Below the pieces are notes generated by a model. The model was not told where the DNA came from, did not search any database, and saw only the letters and a program-made list of their open reading frames with translations. 64,000 nt of DNA from a virus (Duplodnaviria; Caudoviricetes): positions 96,001-160,000 of IMG/VR virus record IMGVR_UViG_3300024331_000007. One strand, given 5' to 3'. The position numbers and the translations under genes are program-made. Shown in pieces: positions 18,061 through 26,529 of the stretch. Positions within the stretch are counted from its first letter, which is position 1. Every line of letters begins with the position of its first letter.

Positions 18061-18377
18061 TTTTGCTGGGCCTTGATTACAAGTTTCGCAACCGATACTG
18101 CCAGAGATGCAAAAAGATTTTCGTCTCCTGCCCCCTCACGGACCCTAACTCGAAATTCAGGAGGAATCATTTCAAGGATTCCAATGAGTTCCTTTTTAGT
18201 TTCGCTTTCCTGTCCGTCTTTTACGGCTTCAATCGACGCTGTCTTTGGTTTATCCTTGCAAGAATCGCAAATTTCATACTGGACAGTTTTGTTTGGGTCA
18301 GGACAACGACATTGTGTGATGGTCGTTCCGCACTCGCTACATTTGGTAATGAAGTGGCTCATAAAACTCCTACTCAA
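18057..18377 (-). CDS. hypothetical Zn-ribbon protein
   Basis: CSECG..QCRC...CDSC. Confidence 0.55.
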   Translation of the reverse strand: MSRSFMSHFITKCSECGTTITQCRCPDPNKTVQYEICDSCKDKPKTASIEAVKDGQESETKKELIGILEMIPPEFRVRVREGAGDENLFASLAVSVAKLVIKAQQK

Positions 18378-19503
18378 TAATGTGTGGGATGAACTGACTT
18401 GTATTGCCAGTCACTAGTGAAGCATCCTCACGAATGCCCATGCCAGCGGATTCTCCGTCAACAACCCAACTACCAATCACAGGATACCGATTGTCAAACT
18501 TCGGAAGAGAAGCCAAGCCTTGATAAACAAATGGCGCATCATAGTCACCTTCCGTTTCCGTTGTAGTAATTCCGTGCTCCACAACCTTGATGTTTGCTCC
18601 CTCTCGTGAAATGAAAGGCTTGCGAACATATGATAGATTGTGTCCAACAAAATAGTTCTCGTCAAAATATGCGGGTAACAAGAGTTCATCATTTGGGTAC
18701 ATTTCCCACAGTACCGCAAGCAATGCCTTGTTTGACCACATCATCTTCCACGCGGGTTCGATGAACGCACAGGCAGAGTTTGGAATGAACTTACCAAATT
18801 CGTCCTGAATCAGATTCTCCCACGGATAGAGTTTGAACAATGTACGAATTTGTTCATTGTCCAGATCAACCAAATCTCCAGTATTGGCATCATGCCCAAT
18901 GTCAGGAATTGCAATTGTTCGTACATCTACTCCAGCCTGTCTCGCAGTTTCCGCAAGATACGCGATTGTCATACCGTCTTCGCGATTCTCCAGTGCTGCA
19001 AAATGAATTGGTGTTTCCTGAATGTATTCGTTAATGTCTTTCCACTTTGCAACAAGCCTTTCATGCAAAGAGTTGAACTGGTCATTGTTTGCAAAACGAT
19101 CCTGTAGCCAATACCACTGAATAACAGAAGCCTCCAGCAAACTTGTCGGGGTATCAGCATTGTATTCCAACAGCTTAATGTTTGTTCCATCATAGGCCAA
19201 ATCAAATCGACCATATATTGCTGGTGGCTCAGTTTCCCATGTATGACGAATCAAACTTTCAGCTAACGGTCCAATACCCATCTTCGAAAATAGATTATTG
19301 TCGATAATGTATTGGCCTGCTGCGAGGCACATTTCCTGTAAACGATTGGTTGCGTTTTCCAGACGAGTTATTTCAGGCATGGAGAAAGAGTAATAGGCGC
19401 TCTCATTCCAATAAATTCCATCGTCAGTTGTGTGATAAAGCAAACCTTGTGACTCAACCGTTGATTCCCAATTGCTACGTGGAGAAATACTAATCCTCTT
19501 CAT
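18370..19503 (-). CDS. glutathionylspermidine synthase-like ATP-grasp protein (YgiC/YjfC family)
   Basis: YGRFDLAYDG, KLLEYNADTPTSLLEA, FKLYPWE, SNKALL, KPFISREGANI. Confidence 0.93.
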   Translation of the reverse strand: MKRISISPRSNWESTVESQGLLYHTTDDGIYWNESAYYSFSMPEITRLENATNRLQEMCLAAGQYIIDNNLFSKMGIGPLAESLIRHTWETEPPAIYGRFDLAYDGTNIKLLEYNADTPTSLLEASVIQWYWLQDRFANNDQFNSLHERLVAKWKDINEYIQETPIHFAALENREDGMTIAYLAETARQAGVDVRTIAIPDIGHDANTGDLVDLDNEQIRTLFKLYPWENLIQDEFGKFIPNSACAFIEPAWKMMWSNKALLAVLWEMYPNDELLLPAYFDENYFVGHNLSYVRKPFISREGANIKVVEHGITTTETEGDYDAPFVYQGLASLPKFDNRYPVIGSWVVDGESAGMGIREDASLVTGNTSQFIPHIIE

Positions 19504-19654
19504 CCGTGTCCTCAATCTCTCTTAGATGTTCACACAGTCCCAATTCACGAAACATTATGCGCGAATAGTTGTTTGGCAAATCAATTGCTTCGCCTTTTCG
19601 CAATTTATCGTAGTCTTCCAAGGTAATTACTGCAATATCACCTGCTTGTCGCAT
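19490..19654 (-). CDS. small hypothetical protein (54 aa, not in ORF track)
   Basis: TAATG-coupled to the upstream lipoprotein; MRQAGDIAVITLEDY... Confidence 0.4.
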   Translation of the reverse strand: MRQAGDIAVITLEDYDKLRKGEAIDLPNNYSRIMFRELGLCEHLREIEDTDEED

Positions 19655-20082
19655 TATTCGCCGCCACTACTGCTGTGACCACCGCTGAACGAACTGCCAA
19701 ATCCGCCCCTTGAAACCGAAGAATACGAACGTGCGCTGCCATATGAACGGATCGTGCTGCCTGTGGACGAATATGGTGAAACGTATATCACAGAAGGACT
19801 CACTGGACGGTATCCGCCGCCATACACATAACCGGGACGACTATTGAATGTTCCGCCGAAAACGTAGTGATAGATTAAAATGTCGCGGAGCAAATGATCG
19901 TCATTTGGATTTTGGCCATTGGCCGTCTGTGGCTGGGCCTGACAAAATCGGTCATCAACAATTTGGTTGTTCTTGTCAACGCAAGATTTTACGTCTTGCT
20001 GCTTATCATCGTCACATCCAATCATGGACGCGGCGGCTGCTAGGGCGAGAGCGCCCAAAATAACTGACTTTGATTTCTTCAT
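19654..20082 (-). CDS. DUF1190 (YgiB/YjfM)-like lipoprotein
   Basis: lipobox-like SMIG-C, C-terminal SVSRGGFGSS; next to the GSP synthase. Confidence 0.75.
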   Translation of the reverse strand: MKKSKSVILGALALAAAASMIGCDDDKQQDVKSCVDKNNQIVDDRFCQAQPQTANGQNPNDDHLLRDILIYHYVFGGTFNSRPGYVYGGGYRPVSPSVIYVSPYSSTGSTIRSYGSARSYSSVSRGGFGSSFSGGHSSSGGE

Positions 20083-20083
20083 T

Positions 20084-20272
20084 TTATTTCCTTTGCTTGA
20101 GTTTAACTATGTGAGGAATAATTATATTTTCTACCCAATCAGTAACCCATTTGGGGTCTGGTAATTCCATTATGTTACGACAACATCTATCGCACATAAA
20201 AAGTTTAGTATCTATATGTTGATGGGTTTTCTCTCTACCGCACAAAATACAAGATTCGTCAAAAGGTGTCAT
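20084..20272 (-). CDS. small Zn-finger hypothetical protein
   Basis: CILCG...CDRC. Confidence 0.5.
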   Translation of the reverse strand: MTPFDESCILCGREKTHQHIDTKLFMCDRCCRNIMELPDPKWVTDWVENIIIPHIVKLKQRK

Positions 20273-20278
20273 ATATAA

Positions 20279-20608
20279 CTATCTTACTAGATTTTGAGTC
20301 AGAAGTCCACCAAGAAAATGTAAAAGTTTGGTATACATTCCGCCTGCGTACAACCAAAATACAAGTCCAATGAAAAAGATAATGACTGACATTTTAAGTG
20401 GCATTGCAAATTTTGGTGTCTCTTGAGGATATAGAGGCATGTTAACTCGTTTCGTAAAGAAAAATAGTATGAAACCAATCAACAGAAGTAGGATTGAAAA
20501 TATTTGATCCTCAGTCCGTACTGGAGTGTAACTCTCCAGTATCAGGCCAAGGATCATGAAAAAAGATGCTGCGAGAAATGTTGGAATATGAATTGTATGT
20601 TTCATCAC
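20279..20608 (-). CDS. membrane protein (3 TM)
   Basis: three hydrophobic segments. Confidence 0.65.
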   Translation of the reverse strand: MMKHTIHIPTFLAASFFMILGLILESYTPVRTEDQIFSILLLLIGFILFFFTKRVNMPLYPQETPKFAMPLKMSVIIFFIGLVFWLYAGGMYTKLLHFLGGLLTQNLVR

Positions 20609-20635
20609 ATTTCTCGCAGGTTATGAAAGTTTGGT

Positions 20636-22033
20636 TTAGAAGTCCGATCCACCGCCGCTGTCAAAGCTGCTGCTGGAATCGTCACTGAAACTGCTGGAAT
20701 CGTCTTGGAAACTAGCCTGTGAATCGTTACTATCCTGATAGTTGCTCGAATCGTCTTGGAAACTAGCCTGTGAATCATCACGAGATGGTTCCGAATACGA
20801 AGGTGATGTATATGCTGGTTCACGATATACTGGTTCAGAATAAGATGGTCGAGACAACGCTTCTCCAAGAAGAACACCAGTCAGCAAGCCGCTTGAATCA
20901 TCGTGATAATGGTCTTCGTGGATAATGGTTGTGGAACCCTGTTGTACTGGAGTCGAACTGTAGGACGGGGTTGGAGCATAGTTCGGCTCACGGAACGAAG
21001 GAGTTTCAACTTCGGGCGCGGACTCTTCAGCAACAGAACCATATGAAGCATTCTTTGCTGCCTTTTTACGAGCCTTCTTCGTAGCTGAATCGCCCTCAGT
21101 TGAGATTCCCTTGAGTTCACGGAGAATGCTGTTGTACTGAGATGAAATATTCTCGTAAGCTTCTTTGCTCAGCGTGTTGTCAGATGGATCATATTGCAGA
21201 GAACCACTTAGATTTGCAAACTCAGAAGCAAGTCCGTCCAATTCAGCCTGTGACGCGGATACCTTCACACCCAAAGCAGCCTTCTCTCTGAGAGCATCGG
21301 TTAGACGCGCAAGCAAGCTAGTGACAGCATTCCGAGCGGAAATTGCATCAAGCTGGGCAAGTTTATTTGCCCTATGGATGCGACCATAATAGATAACCAG
21401 CCAAACAATTCCGCCAATGAACACAAGACCAAGTAACAGTTTCAAAAATGTGAAAAATCCAGACAAATCTGTCGGTTTCGAGTTCTTGATAATGACAGTT
21501 TGCGACCCACTTTTTTGGGCAGGCAAAGATGCAGTCTGCACGGCAGAAATTCTCTGTGTTGCCTGACGGATGCCGTTCGCAAGACCTAAACCAAAATTAC
21601 CAGAAGCAAGAAATGGACCAACTGAGTTTTTCTTAATCTCTGCCCTAACATTAAAGTTCAGAGATGTATTCTGATAATTTGGGCCGGGATAAATCCCAAT
21701 AAGGTGCTTGGGCGTCATTGAAACCATGAAAACAAGAATGTTGCCCTTAAGTCCACCCGCCCGATTTTGCCACGAATTGCAGGACTTTTGCATACGACTA
21801 AGGAAGTTTTCTTGAGTATCGTTTGCAGAAAGGTTGTAGGTGATAACATGCGCGTCAACTGACTCGCGTTCAAGTGCTGGCAAAGCTGTCTGAATCTGAT
21901 TAATATCAGACGGACTAAGAATCTTTGCAGCATCAACGACTGACGCATTGCAATCTACCGTCTGTGCCAACATTGGCACAGACGATAGGGCAATAAGAGC
22001 AACAAGCGAAAAAATCTTCTTCATAAGTTTCAA
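20636..22033 (-). CDS. TPM (DUF477) domain membrane protein with Ser/Asp-rich tail
   Basis: signal peptide, VVDAAKILS..D, NILVFMVS, single TM, coiled coil, SSSFDSGGGSDF end. Confidence 0.75.
   Translation of the reverse strand: MKLMKKIFSLVALIALSSVPMLAQTVDCNASVVDAAKILSPSDINQIQTALPALERESVDAHVITYNLSANDTQENFLSRMQKSCNSWQNRAGGLKGNILVFMVSMTPKHLIGIYPGPNYQNTSLNFNVRAEIKKNSVGPFLASGNFGLGLANGIRQATQRISAVQTASLPAQKSGSQTVIIKNSKPTDLSGFFTFLKLLLGLVFIGGIVWLVIYYGRIHRANKLAQLDAISARNAVTSLLARLTDALREKAALGVKVSASQAELDGLASEFANLSGSLQYDPSDNTLSKEAYENISSQYNSILRELKGISTEGDSATKKARKKAAKNASYGSVAEESAPEVETPSFREPNYAPTPSYSSTPVQQGSTTIIHEDHYHDDSSGLLTGVLLGEALSRPSYSEPVYREPAYTSPSYSEPSRDDSQASFQDDSSNYQDSNDSQASFQDDSSSFSDDSSSSFDSGGGSDF
20697..20776. 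repeat. 29-nt direct repeat within the TPM protein tail
   Basis: GAATCGTCTTGGAAACTAGCCTGTGAATC at 20697 and 20748 (DSQASFQDDS x2). Confidence 0.85.
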
Positions 22034-22062
22034 AACTCTCTTTCTTGAGGTTTGGTTAGAGG

Positions 22063-22725
22063 TTACTTGATGGATGCCAACAGAGCATCAACGTCAGCGC
22101 TGTTTGTCTCTTCCTGTGCTGGCAGAGTTGAAACTGCTGAATCAAACTTCGCGCTGGCAACATCGTTACGTGCTTGCATGCGCTGAGTAATGTTGTCGAT
22201 TGAATGCGTGTCGGCTGTGTTCAACATCGAACCCATCGAAGAGATAGCATGTGCCGCTGCTTCCTTAGACTTGCTATCACGATCAAGGCGCTCAAGTTCG
22301 TGAACACGAAGAACAAGTTGATCGTGCTGATTTTCAAGACGCTGCTTGATGTTTTGCATCTGTGCAACAGTCTGAGACTGTGAAGCAATCTGGCTGTCGT
22401 AAGAGGTTGATTGTGAAATTTCAGTGAGAACAAGCGATGCCTTCGAACGAGCCAGATCAGCCGCATTTGCATCGGTACTCTGCTTCAAGCGAGAGATGGT
22501 TGCCTTGTCGGTTTCAATCTTCGCATCGAGTTCGGCCTTTTCCCGCTTCATTGTGCGAAGTGCGCCGTCCTGTACTGCAACGTCTGTTGCATAGTGAGTC
22601 AATTCCGCTTCAATGTCGCGAACCTGTTGGCGAACGGCTGAAGGGGAGTTAAGGTCAATAACCTTGTCGAGAAGATCATTGATGTTGCCGCGAACTGTGA
22701 GACTTGCCTTTGAGAAGATACTCAT
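22063..22725 (-). CDS. PspA/IM30 family protein
   Basis: MSIFSKASLTVRGNINDLLDK..D....VRQQVRDIE amphipathic start, long coiled coil, VDALLASIK end. Confidence 0.8.
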   Translation of the reverse strand: MSIFSKASLTVRGNINDLLDKVIDLNSPSAVRQQVRDIEAELTHYATDVAVQDGALRTMKREKAELDAKIETDKATISRLKQSTDANAADLARSKASLVLTEISQSTSYDSQIASQSQTVAQMQNIKQRLENQHDQLVLRVHELERLDRDSKSKEAAAHAISSMGSMLNTADTHSIDNITQRMQARNDVASAKFDSAVSTLPAQEETNSADVDALLASIK

Positions 22726-22763
22726 ATGTTTTGTTTCCTTTTCCTTAGAATTTGGTTATGCCA

Positions 22764-22868
22764 TTACTGGCGATTCTTGTTCTGTAGGTGAATCACAATG
22801 TTGCCAACAATTCCAATAATTGCCAGCACAGCTATGATACCCAATAATGCCTTATCTGTAGGATTCAT
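22764..22868 (-). CDS. single-TM micro-protein upstream of pspA-like gene (34 aa)
   Basis: AAGGA SD; MNPTDKALLGIIAVLAIIGIVGNIVIHLQNKNRQ. Confidence 0.5.
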   Translation of the reverse strand: MNPTDKALLGIIAVLAIIGIVGNIVIHLQNKNRQ

Positions 22869-22880
22869 AATGATCCTTTC

Positions 22881-24455
22881 TTAGCCCAAAAGTGTCTTGC
22901 GCATTCCAGCAAGAGTTACAGTGTTGAAGACTTTTCCATCCCTGAATCTCAGAACATATTCTCCAAGATCATCGAGGTTTGGAAGACGATCAACCAACTC
23001 GTATCCGATTTCTGGATTTACAGCCTTCAGGAATCCACGCGCCGATTTCTTCACGCCGCCCTTGTCAGTCTTTGGGTCTTTGAAGAGTTCAACCAATTCT
23101 CCATCAACCACAATAGCTGTTGCCTTGACTGCATTTCCAAAACTGTCGCGACTGTTGAACTGGTATGTGAAAGAACCAACCCCCAACACAACGTTACCGC
23201 TTGCAAAACCCTTGTTATACAGACCTTCAAGAATTTCCGCTGCTCTCTGGAGCGTGATGCTGTCTCCGTAGATCAGGCCGATGTGAGAATCCAAAAGTTT
23301 GAAACCCTTGTCCGTTGTAGTTCCGCCAAAGATTTCCCACAAGCATTCAATTGCTCCCTTGTACTCCGGGCTTCCAACTGGTGCGTCAGGATCGCCAACG
23401 ATGATCTTCACTGGATCGCCGCTATCGGGACGGATAACCACCTTGCCTTCGCGACTCATGATTACATCCTTGAGTTCGACGCAAACCTTTGTCACAACTG
23501 CCCAAAAGTCATAGGTATCTGCAACGTAGCTTATGATTCCATCAGGCTGAACTTCCGAGAACATGCGCTTTGCGCTCATCACTTCAGCATGATACAGATA
23601 TTCATCTTCCGTCAAATCAGGGAAAGCGTTTTTCAATGCTTCCTTAGAATCTTCGCGGAGTTTCTTCATTTCCTTGACGAACTTGAGGATTTGCGCGGAG
23701 CTAACGGCATGCTCACTTGCGCGAACGGACCCGCCAACCAATTCATTGTCGGAATCAGCGAAGTAATAATCTTCAAGATAATCAATGGCCGATTCGGTAT
23801 CGGTTCCAGTGAAACTCAACAGGTGAGCCGATCCAGAACGCGCCCCGTCTTCGATTCCAGACATGCCGCGATTTTCAAAACCGTGTGCTTGCCACTGAAC
23901 AAATTCCTTCGAAGAACCTGTGAGTTCGGCGTACTTGTCAAGCAACTTACGATATTCGTATGCAATAGTTGCGTTTGTGAGTGGCTTCCAAAGCTGAGTG
24001 CTAACAGCCGTCTCAATAAAGTTTACAAGCCAGTAGAAGTCTGGAAGTGTATTGAACCATACACAAACCGGGACGCGCATGTTAACACGAGCGCCTTCAG
24101 GAAGGGAGAAATATGCCAACGGCAAATATCCAAGATCGTGCAAAGCAGCAATGCGATGGGCGCTGACCTTTCCCTTGCCCAATGCGTTATCCATTCGGCG
24201 CTGATAGTGGCGAACTGCTTTTTCCTTTGGAAGATCGAAGAACGATTCGTTCCACAACTCAACCAAATATTCCATTACAACTGCGCCTTGGTGACCGTAG
24301 TTGACGACCTTATCGTCAAAAGACGGAAGCATGTTTGCCCATTTGCTAGAACGCGGGGTCATGTTCGAAAAGACGAGCGTCGTACCGCTTGGGTACATAT
24401 CCGCGTGCCCATCTTTGTAAAAATCCTTGCTGGTTGTTGCTCTTGGCTTAAACAT
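22881..24455 (-). CDS. nadV: NAMPT-like protein (NadV / NARP1 Namat-like)
   Basis: DFYKDGH, FSNMTPR, HGFENRG, SEHAV, ADTYD, IRPDSGDP, LIYGDSIT, KKSARG. Confidence 0.92.
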   Translation of the reverse strand: MFKPRATTSKDFYKDGHADMYPSGTTLVFSNMTPRSSKWANMLPSFDDKVVNYGHQGAVVMEYLVELWNESFFDLPKEKAVRHYQRRMDNALGKGKVSAHRIAALHDLGYLPLAYFSLPEGARVNMRVPVCVWFNTLPDFYWLVNFIETAVSTQLWKPLTNATIAYEYRKLLDKYAELTGSSKEFVQWQAHGFENRGMSGIEDGARSGSAHLLSFTGTDTESAIDYLEDYYFADSDNELVGGSVRASEHAVSSAQILKFVKEMKKLREDSKEALKNAFPDLTEDEYLYHAEVMSAKRMFSEVQPDGIISYVADTYDFWAVVTKVCVELKDVIMSREGKVVIRPDSGDPVKIIVGDPDAPVGSPEYKGAIECLWEIFGGTTTDKGFKLLDSHIGLIYGDSITLQRAAEILEGLYNKGFASGNVVLGVGSFTYQFNSRDSFGNAVKATAIVVDGELVELFKDPKTDKGGVKKSARGFLKAVNPEIGYELVDRLPNLDDLGEYVLRFRDGKVFNTVTLAGMRKTLLG

Positions 24456-24526
24456 ATTCAAATCCTCTCATTACTGCAATTGTTTTACATCAGCTTCCTT
24501 GCAATCTTCCGCAAGTTCATCGCCAT

Positions 24527-24721
24527 TTATTTTTCGCCTACATACAAAGCCTTTCTTTGAATGTAAGTATTTGGGGCATTGTCATTGATTTTGTCTACTG
24601 CTGCCAAAGCTCGTTCTTTTGTTGAAAAGGTTATTTCGATTGTTGATGCAACAATGCTGCTCAATCCGCCTGTTGCATATGTCGTAATCAAAACACTGTG
24701 GTCTGGTGAATATGAAGACAT
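24527..24721 (-). CDS. hypothetical protein
   Basis: 64-aa ORF between the Prs-like and NAMPT-like genes. Confidence 0.55.
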   Translation of the reverse strand: MSSYSPDHSVLITTYATGGLSSIVASTIEITFSTKERALAAVDKINDNAPNTYIQRKALYVGEK

Positions 24722-24722
24722 A

Positions 24723-25610
24723 TTAAACTCTCACAATCGTAAGGTTTGGGTTAGTTGTGTCAACGTTGGGGAACGGATTAGCTGTGTAGATGTGCTTGAT
24801 TCCCGCTTCAGTGATTACGGCAAGACCCTTCGAAAAGATTCCGTGGGTGACGTAAAGTTCAATTCTTGGTTCAGTAACACCGACTCTGTTACTGAATGCT
24901 GTTACTTCAAAAGTGATTGCCTTTGCCAATTCAGTGAACGTTCGTCCACCATCGCAAATGTCGTCAACAATCAAAAATGTTTTTGTGTAATGTTCTGCTG
25001 GAATGTGAATCTGTGTCCCAGTGATTTCTCCGTTCTTCGGATCGCGAATTTTGCTGGCAGTAATCATGGGAAGATTGAATTTCTTCGCAACCTTGCCAAC
25101 CTTCTTCATTGCTCCAGCATCAGGAGATACAAGAATATATTGCTCTGCTGTTCCATTGACTTCGCGATAGCGATTGCGGCCAAGAACGTTTCCAAGGAAC
25201 GTCTCAGGCCCAATGTTGTGAACGCGATTGACGAGAGCAAGCGAAACATCACTGTGAACATCCCAAAGTTCAACAGAGTCAAAGTTGAGACTGTTGATAA
25301 TGTCGGCAATAGGACGAACGCCCAATGCTTCTCCTTCGGCACACACTCTATCCTGCCTTGCGTAAGGAAGATAGGGGCAAACGAGATTCAATTTGACATT
25401 TGGTTCGATGCGACGAAACGCATCCACGAGCATAACTAATTCCAGAACCTTATCGGAATCAGTAAGATTGGCAGTGATTGTGACGGTGTTGTGTTCAGTT
25501 TTCCAGCTTGTGATTCGAACGTGGATTTCCCCGCCGCTGAACTTCAACATTGTGTATTCGGGTAAACTTCCAACCTGCTTATGAGGAATCGATGCGTAAA
25601 TTTTAAACAT
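24723..25610 (-). CDS. prs: ribose-phosphate pyrophosphokinase-like protein (NARP1 Adps-like)
   Basis: FSGGE, YLPYARQDR, VSPDAGA, IVDDICDGGRTF, YVTHGIFS. Confidence 0.9.
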   Translation of the reverse strand: MFKIYASIPHKQVGSLPEYTMLKFSGGEIHVRITSWKTEHNTVTITANLTDSDKVLELVMLVDAFRRIEPNVKLNLVCPYLPYARQDRVCAEGEALGVRPIADIINSLNFDSVELWDVHSDVSLALVNRVHNIGPETFLGNVLGRNRYREVNGTAEQYILVSPDAGAMKKVGKVAKKFNLPMITASKIRDPKNGEITGTQIHIPAEHYTKTFLIVDDICDGGRTFTELAKAITFEVTAFSNRVGVTEPRIELYVTHGIFSKGLAVITEAGIKHIYTANPFPNVDTTNPNLTIVRV

Positions 25611-25622
25611 TTCGCCCTTTCG

Positions 25623-25802
25623 TTACTTTCCTGCCCACATCAAGTATAGCACATAAACGATGACGCCTTGCAAAATAAACTCGCCAGTAGCACGAGCGGG
25701 ATTCGATGTTATGCTAAAGCCACATTTGTAAAAGTACTCCCATCGACCATAAAAGATCATTGCCATGAATAACGTTGCAGAGAAATGTAGTGCAAAAACC
25801 AT
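25623..25802 (-). CDS. small membrane protein (59 aa, not in ORF track)
   Basis: TAATG-coupled; two hydrophobic stretches. Confidence 0.45.
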   Translation of the reverse strand: MVFALHFSATLFMAMIFYGRWEYFYKCGFSITSNPARATGEFILQGVIVYVLYLMWAGK

Positions 25803-26083
25803 TACTTCTCGAATCCAAGAGCAACTTTCTCTTCATGCGACAACTTGTTCAATGCAGACTTGCGAAGTTCCGATGTTACCTCGTCGCTGTATTCAGCAAA
25901 TGATTCGAAAATAGTCAGCGATTTCTTCTGTACATCTCCATCGCCGATCCCCATAGTTCCTCTGCCGTTTGCCGCTCTGTTGGCATCAATATGATGAGTG
26001 AAATATGCCACATGTAGCATCGGTCCACGGCCTTCGATATTGTCGGCGTTTTCCAGAACTTCGTAAACATCAAAGCGTTTCAT
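25802..26083 (-). CDS. hypothetical protein
   Basis: 93 aa; GAAAGGGA SD. Confidence 0.65.
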   Translation of the reverse strand: MKRFDVYEVLENADNIEGRGPMLHVAYFTHHIDANRAANGRGTMGIGDGDVQKKSLTIFESFAEYSDEVTSELRKSALNKLSHEEKVALGFEK

Positions 26084-26146
26084 ATTTCCCTTTCACTGTA
26101 TTCAGTATACGTTCGATTTTAAAGTTTGGCAAGTAAAAACCAAATT

Positions 26147-26521
26147 TTAGATTTTATTTACAGTTGGTGTTCTAACTTCTCGATTTTCAGATATTTCCCA
26201 AAGTTCATCTACGTTGTAATGAGGCTGATAGATAGCGCGACCTTTATACAGAAACCACTCGCGAGTCCGATGCTCCATTGACGTGATTGCACATTTGAAA
26301 GCAGTTGCAACTATTTCGCTTTTGCTCATCTCGGGTGATAGAAACCAGCGGCGAGTATGTTGCAATTCAATAGCACCTGTAATAGTGTCGGCTTCCAAAT
26401 ATGTTGCGGCCAAATATACGGCTTTGGTTGTGTTTGATTCAACAACGACAAATGTATAATCCTGAAAATTGCATTCAGAGACAATTTCTTTCGCTGTCTG
26501 AATCCAGTTTTGATTTTCCAT
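26147..26521 (-). CDS. conserved phage hypothetical protein
   Basis: TRRWFLSPEMSKSEIVATAFKCAITSMEHRTREWFLYKG..IYQPH. Confidence 0.65.
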   Translation of the reverse strand: MENQNWIQTAKEIVSECNFQDYTFVVVESNTTKAVYLAATYLEADTITGAIELQHTRRWFLSPEMSKSEIVATAFKCAITSMEHRTREWFLYKGRAIYQPHYNVDELWEISENREVRTPTVNKI

Positions 26522-26529
26522 AACAACTC

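Noticed and set aside
23283-25439. Long plus-strand ORFs (425 aa and 286 aa)
   Set aside because: They are antisense shadows of nadV and prs with no motifs or RBS.
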